64,000 nt of DNA from Verrucomicrobiota bacterium (GTDB taxonomy: Bacteria; Verrucomicrobiota; Verrucomicrobiia; Verrucomicrobiales; DEV007). A program made the translations under genes and the position numbers. This document shows, one piece after another, positions 50,528 to 60,583 of the stretch; within the stretch, counting starts at the first letter, position 1, and each line of letters starts with the position of its first letter. Under the pieces are notes generated by a model. It saw only the letters and a program-made list of their open reading frames with translations, did not search any database and was not told the origin of the DNA. The stretch is from positions 1 through 64,000 of the forward strand of contig JASFYY010000118.1 in the NCBI GenBank assembly GCA_045046875.1, in the 5' to 3' direction.

Positions 50528-52621
50528 TCAGATGATGGAAGGGAGCAATTCTTTCACATCGATTTTGCGCCGCTCGGCGTAGCGTTTGAAAGCGGTGAGG
50601 TTGATTCGTTTAGCTGAAGTCAGGTTGTGCAACAAGCGGCGGTATTCTTCCAGCTCGTAAAGTCCGAGCTTTTGGATTTCGTAATAAAGATCGATCAGGG
50701 TGTGCTCTATAGGCGAGCGTTTTTCGACGTGATCGGAGGACAGACGCGGGCGCAGGATGATCGTATCTTCTGTTTCCAAGGAAAAGGACTTTGCTGCTTC
50801 TCCGAGGGGATGAATGACGACCCTGTGTCCGGCATCGCGCAGGGAATCGGCGACCGGCTCGAAGGCGTCGCGATCCACCATCAGGAAGGTGGCGTGACGG
50901 GTTGGCAGATGATGGAAATAGGCAGCAAGTTCGCGGGTGCTCCAGAGGGTGTGGTCGAGCAGAGGGAAGTCTTGCTTGAGGCTTTTCTGCAGCGATTGCA
51001 TCACAGCAATGTTCTGATCGGGAAGAAAAGCTTCGGGCAGATCGGAATACCAGCCGCGACCAGCGTCATGAATCAGGCCCTCGCGCATCCAGTCCTGCAG
51101 GTAACGTTTGATGGTAGCGGATTCGTAATGCAGAGCCTCGGCTTCGATGGTCTTCTGAATGGTGGCTAGGTCGATGTAGTGACGGGAGAGGCCGAAGAGT
51201 TTGGGTAGCAGTTCCCCGGCGACGTAGTGCTTGCCGTCGAGGTAGGCGAGCGCGGTTTTTTCGTCCTGTTCGATGGCGATCTCGACAGCACGTTTGGCGC
51301 GGGCTAGGAGGGATTTGGAGTGGTGTGATTTGTTTCGGGATTCAAAAACTAAGTCGCGAATTTTATTTTGAATATGTTCAGGAGCCAACCAAATCTTAAA
51401 ATCAGCAATATCACTGGGATAGAGTTCAATTTGACCAGAAGAACCACTGTATCTTTGTTCCACTTGAAGCTGACCTGCAGGACTGTTCAGAAAAGTTGCC
51501 AAATAAGTAGGGTCGATGGAGTGCTCCTTAATTTTGATAATAGTAACATGGTTGTCAGGCAAAGCTGGGTAAGGTTCTAAATAGGCAGCAGAGCGTCCTA
51601 TGGTGCCTACACCAGTTCCATTAATAAGAACATTGCCTTTCTCAATAAGTAGAGAGTTGTCCCGAGGCTGAGCAAATCGATTTCCATCATCGATACGAAC
51701 TGTCCCTTTGGCCACATGTTTCGAGTTCACTACAGGTAAACCTTTCTCAGTGTAGTCGGGTTGTCTGCCCCTACTGATTTGAGACGATAAATTTCCAAGG
51801 ATTTCTAACTCACCAGCTTGAGCAATTTTATTTTCAAGAGCTTCAAATTTTGGGTGGAAAAAATTAGCATCATACCGTTTCGCAGCGAATACATCACTGG
51901 CTGGTTTTTCATAACTCAATGGATTGGGCGGCTCCCAGTTATCGAGCTTGAGCGCGGAGAGGAGGGTTTGTTCGGCTTTGTCGCGGGCTTGTTCAGAACA
52001 CTCCAGCGCGATGCGTGCCGCTTGGACTTTTCCAACAATTTCCCGTTTTAGTTCAGTAGATAGTTGAGGGATCAATACTTGGTCAACGTCTTCCAATAAA
52101 AAGCCTGTTTGAACTGTTCCCCTACGAAATCTTTGTATTTGGGAAGCACCTAATTTAGACTCTAGGTAAATTGCCAAAAATTCAGCTTCTATAGAATGGG
52201 GTCGAAAAATGGCTAACTTACATGAACAAGTTGCTTTCCGGTCAGATCCTACCAAAGACAGAGCACCAACGGTTCCAACTATAGACAGCAAGACGTCCCC
52301 TTTTTCCAAGTGGGAGCGTTTCATGTGATTATCAGCAAATGCTTCGGATGTTATTTCGATTGGATTAGATTGCTCGATAAAAAATGGTCCTGTTACATCC
52401 TGTCCGCGATAATAGGGAATCCCGCTCTCAATGAATGAATCTGAAATTGAGAAATGGTTGCCGTCAGAAACAGCTACTAAATCAGCAATTGAGAAAGTTT
52501 TTCTAGAAGCTAGATTTTTTTCTATTAAAACATGGGATTTCTTGAAAAATTCTGCGTCGATGCGTTTCGTGCGTTCGAGATCGTAAAGTCGAATCTCGGT
52601 TGCTTCCAGCCCCTCCAACAA
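50528..52621 (-). CDS. Two-TRD restriction specificity (HsdS-like) subunit fused to AbiEi-like (DUF6577-like) antitoxin
   Basis: Repeated RIDAEFF/RYDANFF, GDVLLSIVGTVG and GNVLINGTGVGTIGRS TRD motifs, helix AKRAVEIAIEQD. No stop follows; the frame continues into a wHTH (TIKRYL..WMREGLIHDAGRGWY), FPLLD..LWST, IEHTLIDL, RYAERR. Confidence 0.88.
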   Translation of the reverse strand: MLEGLEATEIRLYDLERTKRIDAEFFKKSHVLIEKNLASRKTFSIADLVAVSDGNHFSISDSFIESGIPYYRGQDVTGPFFIEQSNPIEITSEAFADNHMKRSHLEKGDVLLSIVGTVGALSLVGSDRKATCSCKLAIFRPHSIEAEFLAIYLESKLGASQIQRFRRGTVQTGFLLEDVDQVLIPQLSTELKREIVGKVQAARIALECSEQARDKAEQTLLSALKLDNWEPPNPLSYEKPASDVFAAKRYDANFFHPKFEALENKIAQAGELEILGNLSSQISRGRQPDYTEKGLPVVNSKHVAKGTVRIDDGNRFAQPRDNSLLIEKGNVLINGTGVGTIGRSAAYLEPYPALPDNHVTIIKIKEHSIDPTYLATFLNSPAGQLQVEQRYSGSSGQIELYPSDIADFKIWLAPEHIQNKIRDLVFESRNKSHHSKSLLARAKRAVEIAIEQDEKTALAYLDGKHYVAGELLPKLFGLSRHYIDLATIQKTIEAEALHYESATIKRYLQDWMREGLIHDAGRGWYSDLPEAFLPDQNIAVMQSLQKSLKQDFPLLDHTLWSTRELAAYFHHLPTRHATFLMVDRDAFEPVADSLRDAGHRVVIHPLGEAAKSFSLETEDTIILRPRLSSDHVEKRSPIEHTLIDLYYEIQKLGLYELEEYRRLLHNLTSAKRINLTAFKRYAERRKIDVKELLPSII

Positions 52622-52663
52622 GTCCTCGTAACGAGCTTTGTCGAAGGGGCTTACCCTTTTCCC
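52608..52663 (-). promoter_or_regulatory. Candidate -1 programmed ribosomal frameshift signal
   Basis: G_GGA_AAA (52663-52657), 5-nt spacer, 14-bp stem (52651-52638 with 52621-52608) enclosing a 4-bp inner hairpin. Confidence 0.65.
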
Positions 52664-54756
52664 GGCGCGAACGACAGGCCCTCTCGTTTAGCGAACTCCC
52701 CAAAGGCCTCCGCAATTCCATCCTGCGTCTTGCCGTCGTGATTGAACAAGTCGTGTTTCACGATCAGATGCCCATGCCCATCGAGCACAAACTCATCGAG
52801 ACTGCTTGCGGTCGCTTCGTAGCGATTAGGCACCTCATCCCATTTGTCCGCCACCTGCTTGCGGTCACTTCCATTTCCTTCCTTGATCTCCAACAAATCC
52901 TTGCGTTTCAAATAAATCTTCTCCCCCGAGTTGTCTTTACTCGACTCCTGCATCGTCGCAAAAAAGATCGGGTAATCGTCTTTTTTCGGACAGAGTTTCT
53001 CGTCCCACTTCTGCACCAACAGCACCGAAGTCTTAGTTCCCGTGTGAGGCTTGAACACATTGCCATGCAGTCCCACCACCGCCAGAATGCGACAGTGCTC
53101 CATGATGTATTCGCGCAGGTGTTTGTCAGAGGAATTATTAAACCGCCCCTGTGGCAGCACTACCGCCATGCGTCCACCGGGTTTCAAAAAATCCAGATTG
53201 CGTTCGATGAACAACAAGTCTCTACCGACTTTCGTCTGGTATTTGCCATTGGGCTTTTTGCCCAGGTCATACTTGGCGAGAATACGTGACTCTTTTATGT
53301 CCCCGGCAAAAGGCGGGTTTGCCAGCAGCACATCAAAGTTGAAATGATGATCACTGTTTTTCTTCGCCCGCAGTTTTTTCAGCTTCTTCCAGCCTTGATT
53401 ATAAGTATCGATCCACTCTTCATCCTTGGTTTTTTCATCCCAGCGCTCCCAATCCAGTGTATTGAGATGCAACACATTGGTCTGTCCATCCCCAGCGATC
53501 AAGTTAAGCGTGCGCGCCACCCGCACCGAACGTTCGTCAAAATCTATCGCGAAGACCTTGTCGTTCACGTAGTCGGTGCAACGCTGCGATTTTTCCTCAG
53601 CGGTGAACAAATGACTCTTCGGCAGTCCCTCGTCGGCGAGGATTTTCTCCCACACATGAAAGATCGAGTGAACCGGAAAACCACAACTGCCTGCCGCAGT
53701 ATCGATCAGCGTCTCATCCTCCTTGGGATCCAGCATCTTTACGCACATGTCGATGACATAACGCGGAGTGAAGTATTGCCCCTTTTCGCCCTTGCTCGAT
53801 TTGTTGATCAGGTATTCGAAAGCCTCGTCCACTACATCGAGGTTGGAGTTGAAAAGCTTCACATCCTGCAGGGACGAAACACAAACTGAAAGATGGGAAG
53901 CGGTCAGGTCGATCTTGGAATCCGGACTGAAAACGCCTTCCCATTTTTTCTTAGCTAGATTAAAAAGTTCGCCGATCTTCTCCTTCAGCTCGGTTTCGGT
54001 ATCACCGTAGTTGCGAAACTCCAGATGGCGCTTTTTGTTCCGCCCCGATGACATTTCATCAAAGAGCTTGGTGAAAATCAGTTTGAACAATTCCTCGAAA
54101 ACATCCACCCCGGCATTGGCCAGCACCTCGTCCTCCATTTCGAGAATCAAATCCTTGAGCGATTTGCGCTCGTTGATGAGCTTGTCCTTTTTGACTAAGT
54201 CATCAATCGTCCAGCGCTCGGTGAGGATGTCCGAAAGTTTTTCCGTCGCTTTGGGGATACCAGGAATGTCCTCGAAAAAATTCGGATCCTTGCGGTGGTA
54301 ATACGAGATCGACTCCCCATTAGTCCACACTCCGATTGGAGCACCCGTAGCATTGCAATAGGATTTGAGCTGCTCCTTGCCGTCTTTGAGTTTGGGTTTT
54401 TTGAGCTCGACGATCAGATAAACCGAACGCGTATCCTGTTTATCAAAAATGACAATGTCCGCACGCTTTTTCTCCCGCCCGAAGCTGACCGAATACTCCA
54501 GCTCCATACGGTCGAGCGGATAGTTGAGATCTTCATGCAATACGCGCAGATAGAGCTGACGAACAGCTTCTTCAGGCGTGAGTTTAATGTCCTTTTCCCG
54601 CACCAAGCAATGGATATAAGGGGCATCCTTGCCGCGAACCGTTTTTTCAAACACCAATTTCTCGAAAGCCTCAATCTGTTCCTTAGTAAATTGGCTGAGA
54701 CTATAGTTCGAGTCCTTAAGAATGGATGAGAGTTGGAAAGTGCTTATTTCAGTCAT
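52651..54756 (-). CDS. Endonuclease (HsdR-N-like PD-(D/E)xK)-N6-adenine methyltransferase fusion (type IIG/IIB-like)
   Basis: RADIVIF...IVELKK nuclease motif, KGQYFTPR, DTAAGSCGF (motif I), NPPF (motif IV); start chosen at ATG 54756. Confidence 0.92.
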   Translation of the reverse strand: MTEISTFQLSSILKDSNYSLSQFTKEQIEAFEKLVFEKTVRGKDAPYIHCLVREKDIKLTPEEAVRQLYLRVLHEDLNYPLDRMELEYSVSFGREKKRADIVIFDKQDTRSVYLIVELKKPKLKDGKEQLKSYCNATGAPIGVWTNGESISYYHRKDPNFFEDIPGIPKATEKLSDILTERWTIDDLVKKDKLINERKSLKDLILEMEDEVLANAGVDVFEELFKLIFTKLFDEMSSGRNKKRHLEFRNYGDTETELKEKIGELFNLAKKKWEGVFSPDSKIDLTASHLSVCVSSLQDVKLFNSNLDVVDEAFEYLINKSSKGEKGQYFTPRYVIDMCVKMLDPKEDETLIDTAAGSCGFPVHSIFHVWEKILADEGLPKSHLFTAEEKSQRCTDYVNDKVFAIDFDERSVRVARTLNLIAGDGQTNVLHLNTLDWERWDEKTKDEEWIDTYNQGWKKLKKLRAKKNSDHHFNFDVLLANPPFAGDIKESRILAKYDLGKKPNGKYQTKVGRDLLFIERNLDFLKPGGRMAVVLPQGRFNNSSDKHLREYIMEHCRILAVVGLHGNVFKPHTGTKTSVLLVQKWDEKLCPKKDDYPIFFATMQESSKDNSGEKIYLKRKDLLEIKEGNGSDRKQVADKWDEVPNRYEATASSLDEFVLDGHGHLIVKHDLFNHDGKTQDGIAEAFGEFAKREGLSFAPGKG

Positions 54757-54814
54757 CGTGATGCGAGTTAAAACCCTATTGAATAATAGGAACCTCACTA
54801 AAAATCAATACAAC

Positions 54815-54859
54815 AATCCCTCTTTGTCACTTTTTTAAAAAATGTGACAAAGAGGGATT
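54815..54859. promoter_or_regulatory. 16-bp perfect inverted repeat upstream of the defence operon
   Basis: aatccctctttgtcac (54815-54830) / gtgacaaagagggatt (54844-54859); 13-nt spacer ttttttaaaaaat. Confidence 0.7.
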
Positions 54860-54980
54860 ACCCTCACTTCCCCCGCCTCTTTTTTTCCTCGCTCATTTGC
54901 CTTCGGGCTGTTGCCTTACAGTCGGCTGAGTCAAAAAATTCTCTGGAAGATTTCTTGCGAGTCTTTACATTGATAGCTCG

Positions 54981-57900
54981 ATGCCCCCCATCCCTCAACC
55001 CAGCTCTTGTTTGCGCGTTTATTTGTCACTACTGACCTGGCTGTGTGCTTTCTCTGTGACGCAGCCTGGCTCGGCAGCTGAAAAGGCGGTCGATTTCAAT
55101 CGTGACATCCGCCCCATCTTGTCGGACAAATGTTATTACTGTCACGGGCCTGACGCCAATAAACGCAAAGCCGATCTGCGCCTGGATGACCGGGCGGCGG
55201 CTATCAAAGCAGGCGCTTTTGTTCCAGGTGACGTCCAGGCCAGCGAGCTACACAAACGCATACACCACCGCGATCCGGACGAAGTGATGCCTTTGCCCAA
55301 ATCCAAGCTGAAGCTGAGTGCAGCGGATAAAAAATTGCTCGACCAGTGGATCGCCGAAGGAGCGCCTTACGCCCAGCACTGGTCTTTTGTCACCCCCGGA
55401 AAACAGCCTGCCCCCAAATTGCCGCAATCACTAAAAGATTGGGCAAACAATGGCATCGACTATTTTGTGGCGAAAAAATTGCATCACGCAAATTTAAAAC
55501 CTTCCCCCCAGGCAAAAAAAGAAACCCTGATACGTCGCGTAACACTCGACCTCACCGGTCTTCCTCCGACCCCAAAAGAGGTTGATGATTTTCTCGCCGA
55601 TGCATCGGATCAAGCTTACCAAAAGCTGGTCGACCGCCTGTTGAAAAGCCAACATTACGGCGAGCGCATGGCTTTGCCCTGGCTCGACGCGGCGCGCTTT
55701 GCTGACACCGGGGGTTATCAGGGAGACCTGGTCAAAACCCAATGGCCCTGGCGTGACTGGGTGATCCGGGCTTACAATGCAAACCTTCCCTTTGATCAAT
55801 TCACCATCGAGCAGTTGGCAGGAGATCTGTTGCCGAACCCAAGTGAAGATCAACTGCTAGCGACCGCATTCAATCGCAATCACCGCATCAATGACGAAGG
55901 CGGTATCATTCCCGAAGAGTTTCTGGTGGAGTATGTAGCCGATCGGGTGGAGACCACCACCACGGTGTGGATGGGGCTCACGGTAGGTTGTGCCCGTTGC
56001 CATGACCATAAATATGACCCCATCACCCAGCGTGACTTTTACCAACTGTTCGCCTTTTTTAACAATGTCCCGGAAAAAGGCAAAGACGGGGATATCGCCC
56101 CAAAACCCAACATGGCCATCTATACCGGAGGAACAAAAGCTGAGCACGAAAAAATAAAAATCTCAGCTGCCGGTCTGCGTAAAAAGCAAAACACTTACAC
56201 CAAGGCCAATGACAAAAAAATCACTCAATGGTTGGCTCAAAAATCAACGAGCACTCGTAAGTTACCTGCTTACACCGACCTACCCGATCCGCTGATCCAC
56301 CTTCCCCTCGATGCCGCGATCAAAAACCGTTTTCAGAACCTTGGCAGCTCTGCGGGAAAAATCCCAATCAAAGGCAAAGCCAAAGCTGTGCAGCTTGATC
56401 AAAAAGCGCGGCACAACAAGGGCGTGCTCATCCGTCTGGGCGGCTATTTGAATCTGGGCAAACTGAATACTAACAAAGGTTTTGATTCGAAACATGCCAT
56501 GACTTGGAGCACATGGGTCAATCCCCCCAGCACCACCTTTGGCATCGAAGGGCCGGTTTTCAGTTGTCTCAGCCCCGATGATAAAGCGCAGGGTTATCAA
56601 ATCAACTTGGTGGAAAACAGTGACTCCGAATTTTCAATCACCTTTCGCTTACACAGCAATCGAGCAGCTGGAAAAAGTATCGAGGTGTCCACCAAACAAG
56701 TGATATCCAGAAAGAAATTCGCCCACCTCGTGGTGAGCTATGACGGGTCGATGAAAGCGTCTGGTGTCAGGATTTTCCTCAATGGCAAAGCAGTAGAACT
56801 GGAGATAAAGAAGGATCTAATTGGCGCAGCTTTCACCACCCGGGAGGATCTTCTGGTGGGAGTTGAAACAGAAACTTCGGGACCAAAAGGCATCCGCGAT
56901 GAACTGCTGCACAACGCCATTCTCGATGACATCCAGATATACAACCATGTGCTCAGCGCTTCTCAAATCCATACACTTTATCAACTAGACCCAGTTCAAT
57001 TACTCGCGGCGAGGCAGGAGCAGAGCCCTGTTGTCAGAGCCTTTCTCTCCACGGTTTATTTCCGTGATGAAGATCCTGTCTATCAAAAATTGATAAGTCA
57101 GTTGAAAAAAATTGAAGCTTCTCTCAAAAGCTTTGAAAGCAGCAAAATCACCAAAGTTTCGATCATGGAGGAAATGGAAAAACCTCGCGACACTTATCTG
57201 CTCACACGCGGCGCTTATGACAACCCGAACAAATCAGCAAGACTCTCGCCTGCCACTTTCGCTTCCTTATTGCCCATGGCTGAAAACCTGCCAAAAAACC
57301 GTCTCGGCCTCGCCCGTTGGTTGTTCGATCCGGAGCATCCCCTGACCTCCCGGGTAGCAGTGAACCGTTACTGGCAGATGTATTTTGGTCGAGGTCTGGT
57401 GAAAACTTCAGAAGACTTCGGATCACAGGGCAGCCCCCCGACCCATCCTGGCTTACTGGACTGGCTAGCCGTGGAGTTCCGCGAAAGTGGCTGGGACGTG
57501 AAAGTGATGCAGAAGCTGATCGTGATGTCTGCAACTTATCGTCAGAGTTCAGTCATCAGTTCCGAGCTGTTGCGCTTGGATCCGGAGAACCAGCTGTTGG
57601 GCCGTGGCCCGCGTTTTCGTCTCTATGCCCATGCTTTACGCGACCAGGCTCTTGCCATCAGTGGCAAGCTGGATTCCCGTATCGGAGGTCCACCGGTGAT
57701 GCCCTACCAGCCAGCGGGACTGTGGGAAGAAGTGAGCGCCAAAGGAAAAAAATACATCGTTGCTGAAGGCAAGGACCTCTATCGGCGTAGCCTTTACACC
57801 TTCTGGCGCCGCACCGTGCCGCCTCCTTCGATGATGAATTTTGACAATGCCAGTCGCGAAATTTGTTCTATCAGCTCCAACCGCACCAATACCCCGCTGC

Positions 57901-58238
57901 AGGCGATGAATCTGATGAACGACCCTCAATATGTCGAAGCTGCCCGGCTCATGGCTGAACGCATGATCAGCGAAGGCGGAGACTCTGCCACTGATAGAAT
58001 TATTTTTGGCCACAAGCTCGCCCTCGCCCGGAAGCCGGATGCCAGGGTTTTAAAAATTCTGACTCAAGGTTATAACGATTACCTTAAGCAGTTCAAATCA
58101 AAGCCAGCAGACGCCAAAGCCTTGATCACCATCGGAAAATCAGTTGTCGGAAAAAATATCGATCCCGCTCAACTAGCCGCCACCACAGCCGTAGCCAGTG
58201 TTATTTTGAATCTTGACGAAACCGTAACCAAGGAATGA
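54981..58238 (+). CDS. Planctomycete cytochrome c / DUF1549 / DUF1553 protein with LamG-like insert
   Basis: [69 protein letters not shown]. Confidence 0.92.
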   Translation: MPPIPQPSSCLRVYLSLLTWLCAFSVTQPGSAAEKAVDFNRDIRPILSDKCYYCHGPDANKRKADLRLDDRAAAIKAGAFVPGDVQASELHKRIHHRDPDEVMPLPKSKLKLSAADKKLLDQWIAEGAPYAQHWSFVTPGKQPAPKLPQSLKDWANNGIDYFVAKKLHHANLKPSPQAKKETLIRRVTLDLTGLPPTPKEVDDFLADASDQAYQKLVDRLLKSQHYGERMALPWLDAARFADTGGYQGDLVKTQWPWRDWVIRAYNANLPFDQFTIEQLAGDLLPNPSEDQLLATAFNRNHRINDEGGIIPEEFLVEYVADRVETTTTVWMGLTVGCARCHDHKYDPITQRDFYQLFAFFNNVPEKGKDGDIAPKPNMAIYTGGTKAEHEKIKISAAGLRKKQNTYTKANDKKITQWLAQKSTSTRKLPAYTDLPDPLIHLPLDAAIKNRFQNLGSSAGKIPIKGKAKAVQLDQKARHNKGVLIRLGGYLNLGKLNTNKGFDSKHAMTWSTWVNPPSTTFGIEGPVFSCLSPDDKAQGYQINLVENSDSEFSITFRLHSNRAAGKSIEVSTKQVISRKKFAHLVVSYDGSMKASGVRIFLNGKAVELEIKKDLIGAAFTTREDLLVGVETETSGPKGIRDELLHNAILDDIQIYNHVLSASQIHTLYQLDPVQLLAARQEQSPVVRAFLSTVYFRDEDPVYQKLISQLKKIEASLKSFESSKITKVSIMEEMEKPRDTYLLTRGAYDNPNKSARLSPATFASLLPMAENLPKNRLGLARWLFDPEHPLTSRVAVNRYWQMYFGRGLVKTSEDFGSQGSPPTHPGLLDWLAVEFRESGWDVKVMQKLIVMSATYRQSSVISSELLRLDPENQLLGRGPRFRLYAHALRDQALAISGKLDSRIGGPPVMPYQPAGLWEEVSAKGKKYIVAEGKDLYRRSLYTFWRRTVPPPSMMNFDNASREICSISSNRTNTPLQAMNLMNDPQYVEAARLMAERMISEGGDSATDRIIFGHKLALARKPDARVLKILTQGYNDYLKQFKSKPADAKALITIGKSVVGKNIDPAQLAATTAVASVILNLDETVTKE

Positions 58239-59683
58239 ACCCGCTCAATGAATCCCGTCTCCATTTGAATCGACGTCATTTTTTCGGACGCTCGGCCACT
58301 GGCATTGGCACTGCCGCCCTCGCTAGTCTGCTGGGAAAAGATTTGCTCCAAGGAGCAAATTCTTTGCCATCCACCACCTTTCCCAATTTTGCCCCCAAAG
58401 CCAAACGGGTGATCTACCTATTCCAATCGGGCGCGCCCTCACAGCTCGACCTTTTTGATCACAAACCCGAGCTGACAAAACGCTTCGACGAAGACCTGCC
58501 GGACTCGATCCGCCAAGGCCAGCGTTTGACCGGCATGACCGTCGGGCAAAAGCGTTTCCCCGTGGCTCCGAGTAAATTTACTTTCCAGCAACATGGTCAG
58601 TCCGGCGCCTGGATCAGTGAGCTGATGCCGCACATTTCATCTATTTCCGATGAACTCTGCATCATCAAATCAATGCACACCGAGGCCATCAATCACGACC
58701 CTGCGATCACTTTTTTCCAGACAGGCTCCCAGATTGCCGGCAGGCCGAGCATTGGCAGTTGGTTGAGTTATGGGCTGGGCAGTGAAAACAGTGACCTTCC
58801 CGCTTTTGTCTCGATGGTGTCCACCGGCACAGGCCGCCCCGGTGGTCAGCCTCTCTATGACCGCTTGTGGGGCAGTGGTTTTTTACCGACCACTCATCAG
58901 GGAGTGAAATTTCGTGGCCTCGGTGATCCGGTTCTCTACCTCAATGATCCGGCGGGCATCAATCGTAAAATGAGACGCCGCATGCTCGATGACATCGCCG
59001 CTATCAATCAGCACAAGCTGGAAGAGTTTGGCGATCCGGAAATCGCCACCCGCATTGCCCAATACGAACTCGCTTACCGGATGCAAGCTTCGGTTCCAGA
59101 GCTGACGGATCTTTCGAACGAACCGCAGTCTGTTTTTGATGCTTACGGCCCGGAATCAAAAAAACGCGGCAGCTACGCCAGCAACTGTATTCTCGCCCGG
59201 CGTCTATGTGAACGAGGAGTGAGGTTTGTTCAACTTTTTCACATGGGATGGGACCAACACAGCACCTTGCCCAAACAAATTGCCGGACAGTGTTACGATA
59301 CAGACCAGGCAACGGCGGCATTGATCCGCGACTTGAAAAACCGCGGTTTGCTCGACGACACCCTGATTATCTGGGGAGGCGAATTTGGTCGAACAGTGTA
59401 TTCACAAGGCACCCTGTCCAAGGAAAACTACGGACGCGATCATCATCCCCGCTGTTTCACCATGTTCATGGCTGGCGCAGGAATTAAGCCAGGCATGACC
59501 TATGGTGAGACCGATGACTTCAGTTACAACATCACCCAAAACCCCGTGCATGTACATGATCTGCACGCCACCATTTTCCACCTGCTCGGAATCGATCACG
59601 AACGCCTGACCTACAAATACCAGGGACGCCGCTTCCGCCTCACCGATGTTCACGGAAAAATCGTCAATGACATTCTAGCGTAG
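58235..59683 (+). CDS. DUF1501 domain protein
   Basis: [46 protein letters not shown] overlap with upstream gene. Confidence 0.93.
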   Translation: MNPLNESRLHLNRRHFFGRSATGIGTAALASLLGKDLLQGANSLPSTTFPNFAPKAKRVIYLFQSGAPSQLDLFDHKPELTKRFDEDLPDSIRQGQRLTGMTVGQKRFPVAPSKFTFQQHGQSGAWISELMPHISSISDELCIIKSMHTEAINHDPAITFFQTGSQIAGRPSIGSWLSYGLGSENSDLPAFVSMVSTGTGRPGGQPLYDRLWGSGFLPTTHQGVKFRGLGDPVLYLNDPAGINRKMRRRMLDDIAAINQHKLEEFGDPEIATRIAQYELAYRMQASVPELTDLSNEPQSVFDAYGPESKKRGSYASNCILARRLCERGVRFVQLFHMGWDQHSTLPKQIAGQCYDTDQATAALIRDLKNRGLLDDTLIIWGGEFGRTVYSQGTLSKENYGRDHHPRCFTMFMAGAGIKPGMTYGETDDFSYNITQNPVHVHDLHATIFHLLGIDHERLTYKYQGRRFRLTDVHGKIVNDILA

Positions 59684-59713
59684 ACTTATGCCTCCATGCA
59701 GTAGTCCATTCCC

Positions 59714-60583
59714 TCAATCCGAAGGAATGCCGGGAATTATGTTATGCCCTTTTTCGATAAATCCTTTTAGCAACTCAATATAATCTTCGGCATTTTCTCC
59801 ATGATACCCCTTCTTCCCCCCCAACAACTTGCCGTCATTATGTAAAATGAAAAAAGTAGGCACAGATTTTATTCCAAATTCTTTCACCACCCCTGAGCGG
59901 GTATCGATATTTCCCCGGTATTCTATTTTTACAGAAATCAAACTCTCGTCTGCAAATTCTTTAAAAGCATCCGATGACAACACCTTATCTTCAAGACTCT
60001 TGCAATCAGGATTAAATGAATCTGCGGTAAATAAAAGATATATTGGTAGGTTTTTCTCACGAGCCAGTTCTTTAGCTTTATCAAAATTGTCCAGCCACGC
60101 CCCCCTCTTTGAATGGCTCGCTCTTCCAGCTGTTACCGTATGGAGTTCTGGTTCAGCCACATATTTCCCCTCGGGCACGCTCTCAAAAAAAGCCTGATCC
60201 TCATCACTCAATTTGTCCAAAGGCAGGACAAACCTTTTTTTGCCGGGCAAACGCCACAGAGCAATCTTTCCATCCATTTTGCCCAGAACCTCGGCATCGA
60301 TTTCCCGCCCCTTGGTATCCTTGATCTTTCGCTTAAAAGGGAACTCAGGAATGGGCGCAGCTTTAGGGCTTGGATCCATACCCTCGCTTCCATCGCCATC
60401 TTCCATCGCTATCTTGTCCGCAGGCACAGGATCTTTTTTGCTGAAGACATCCTCACCTTCTGCAAAAGAGGCCTTCACCTCTGGCTCTTCAGGCCGCTTA
60501 CACGAACTGATCTGTAACAACAAAACCCCTGCCAAGCCTAGCCCTAGATAAAACTTCATTCTCCTACCCACCTTATTTTTCAT
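59714..60583 (-). CDS. Lipoprotein with SHD1-like domain and thioredoxin-fold domain
   Basis: Lipobox ISSC; D.KGREI.A...LDKLS.EDQ; W..NFDKA..LA...N.PI.LLFT..SFNPDC, VPT. Confidence 0.75.
   Translation of the reverse strand: MKNKVGRRMKFYLGLGLAGVLLLQISSCKRPEEPEVKASFAEGEDVFSKKDPVPADKIAMEDGDGSEGMDPSPKAAPIPEFPFKRKIKDTKGREIDAEVLGKMDGKIALWRLPGKKRFVLPLDKLSDEDQAFFESVPEGKYVAEPELHTVTAGRASHSKRGAWLDNFDKAKELAREKNLPIYLLFTADSFNPDCKSLEDKVLSSDAFKEFADESLISVKIEYRGNIDTRSGVVKEFGIKSVPTFFILHNDGKLLGGKKGYHGENAEDYIELLKGFIEKGHNIIPGIPSD

Noticed and set aside
52651..54798. Classical type I RM system (hsdR-hsdM-hsdS)
   Set aside because: No helicase-type HsdR in the window; the nuclease motif is fused to the MTase instead.
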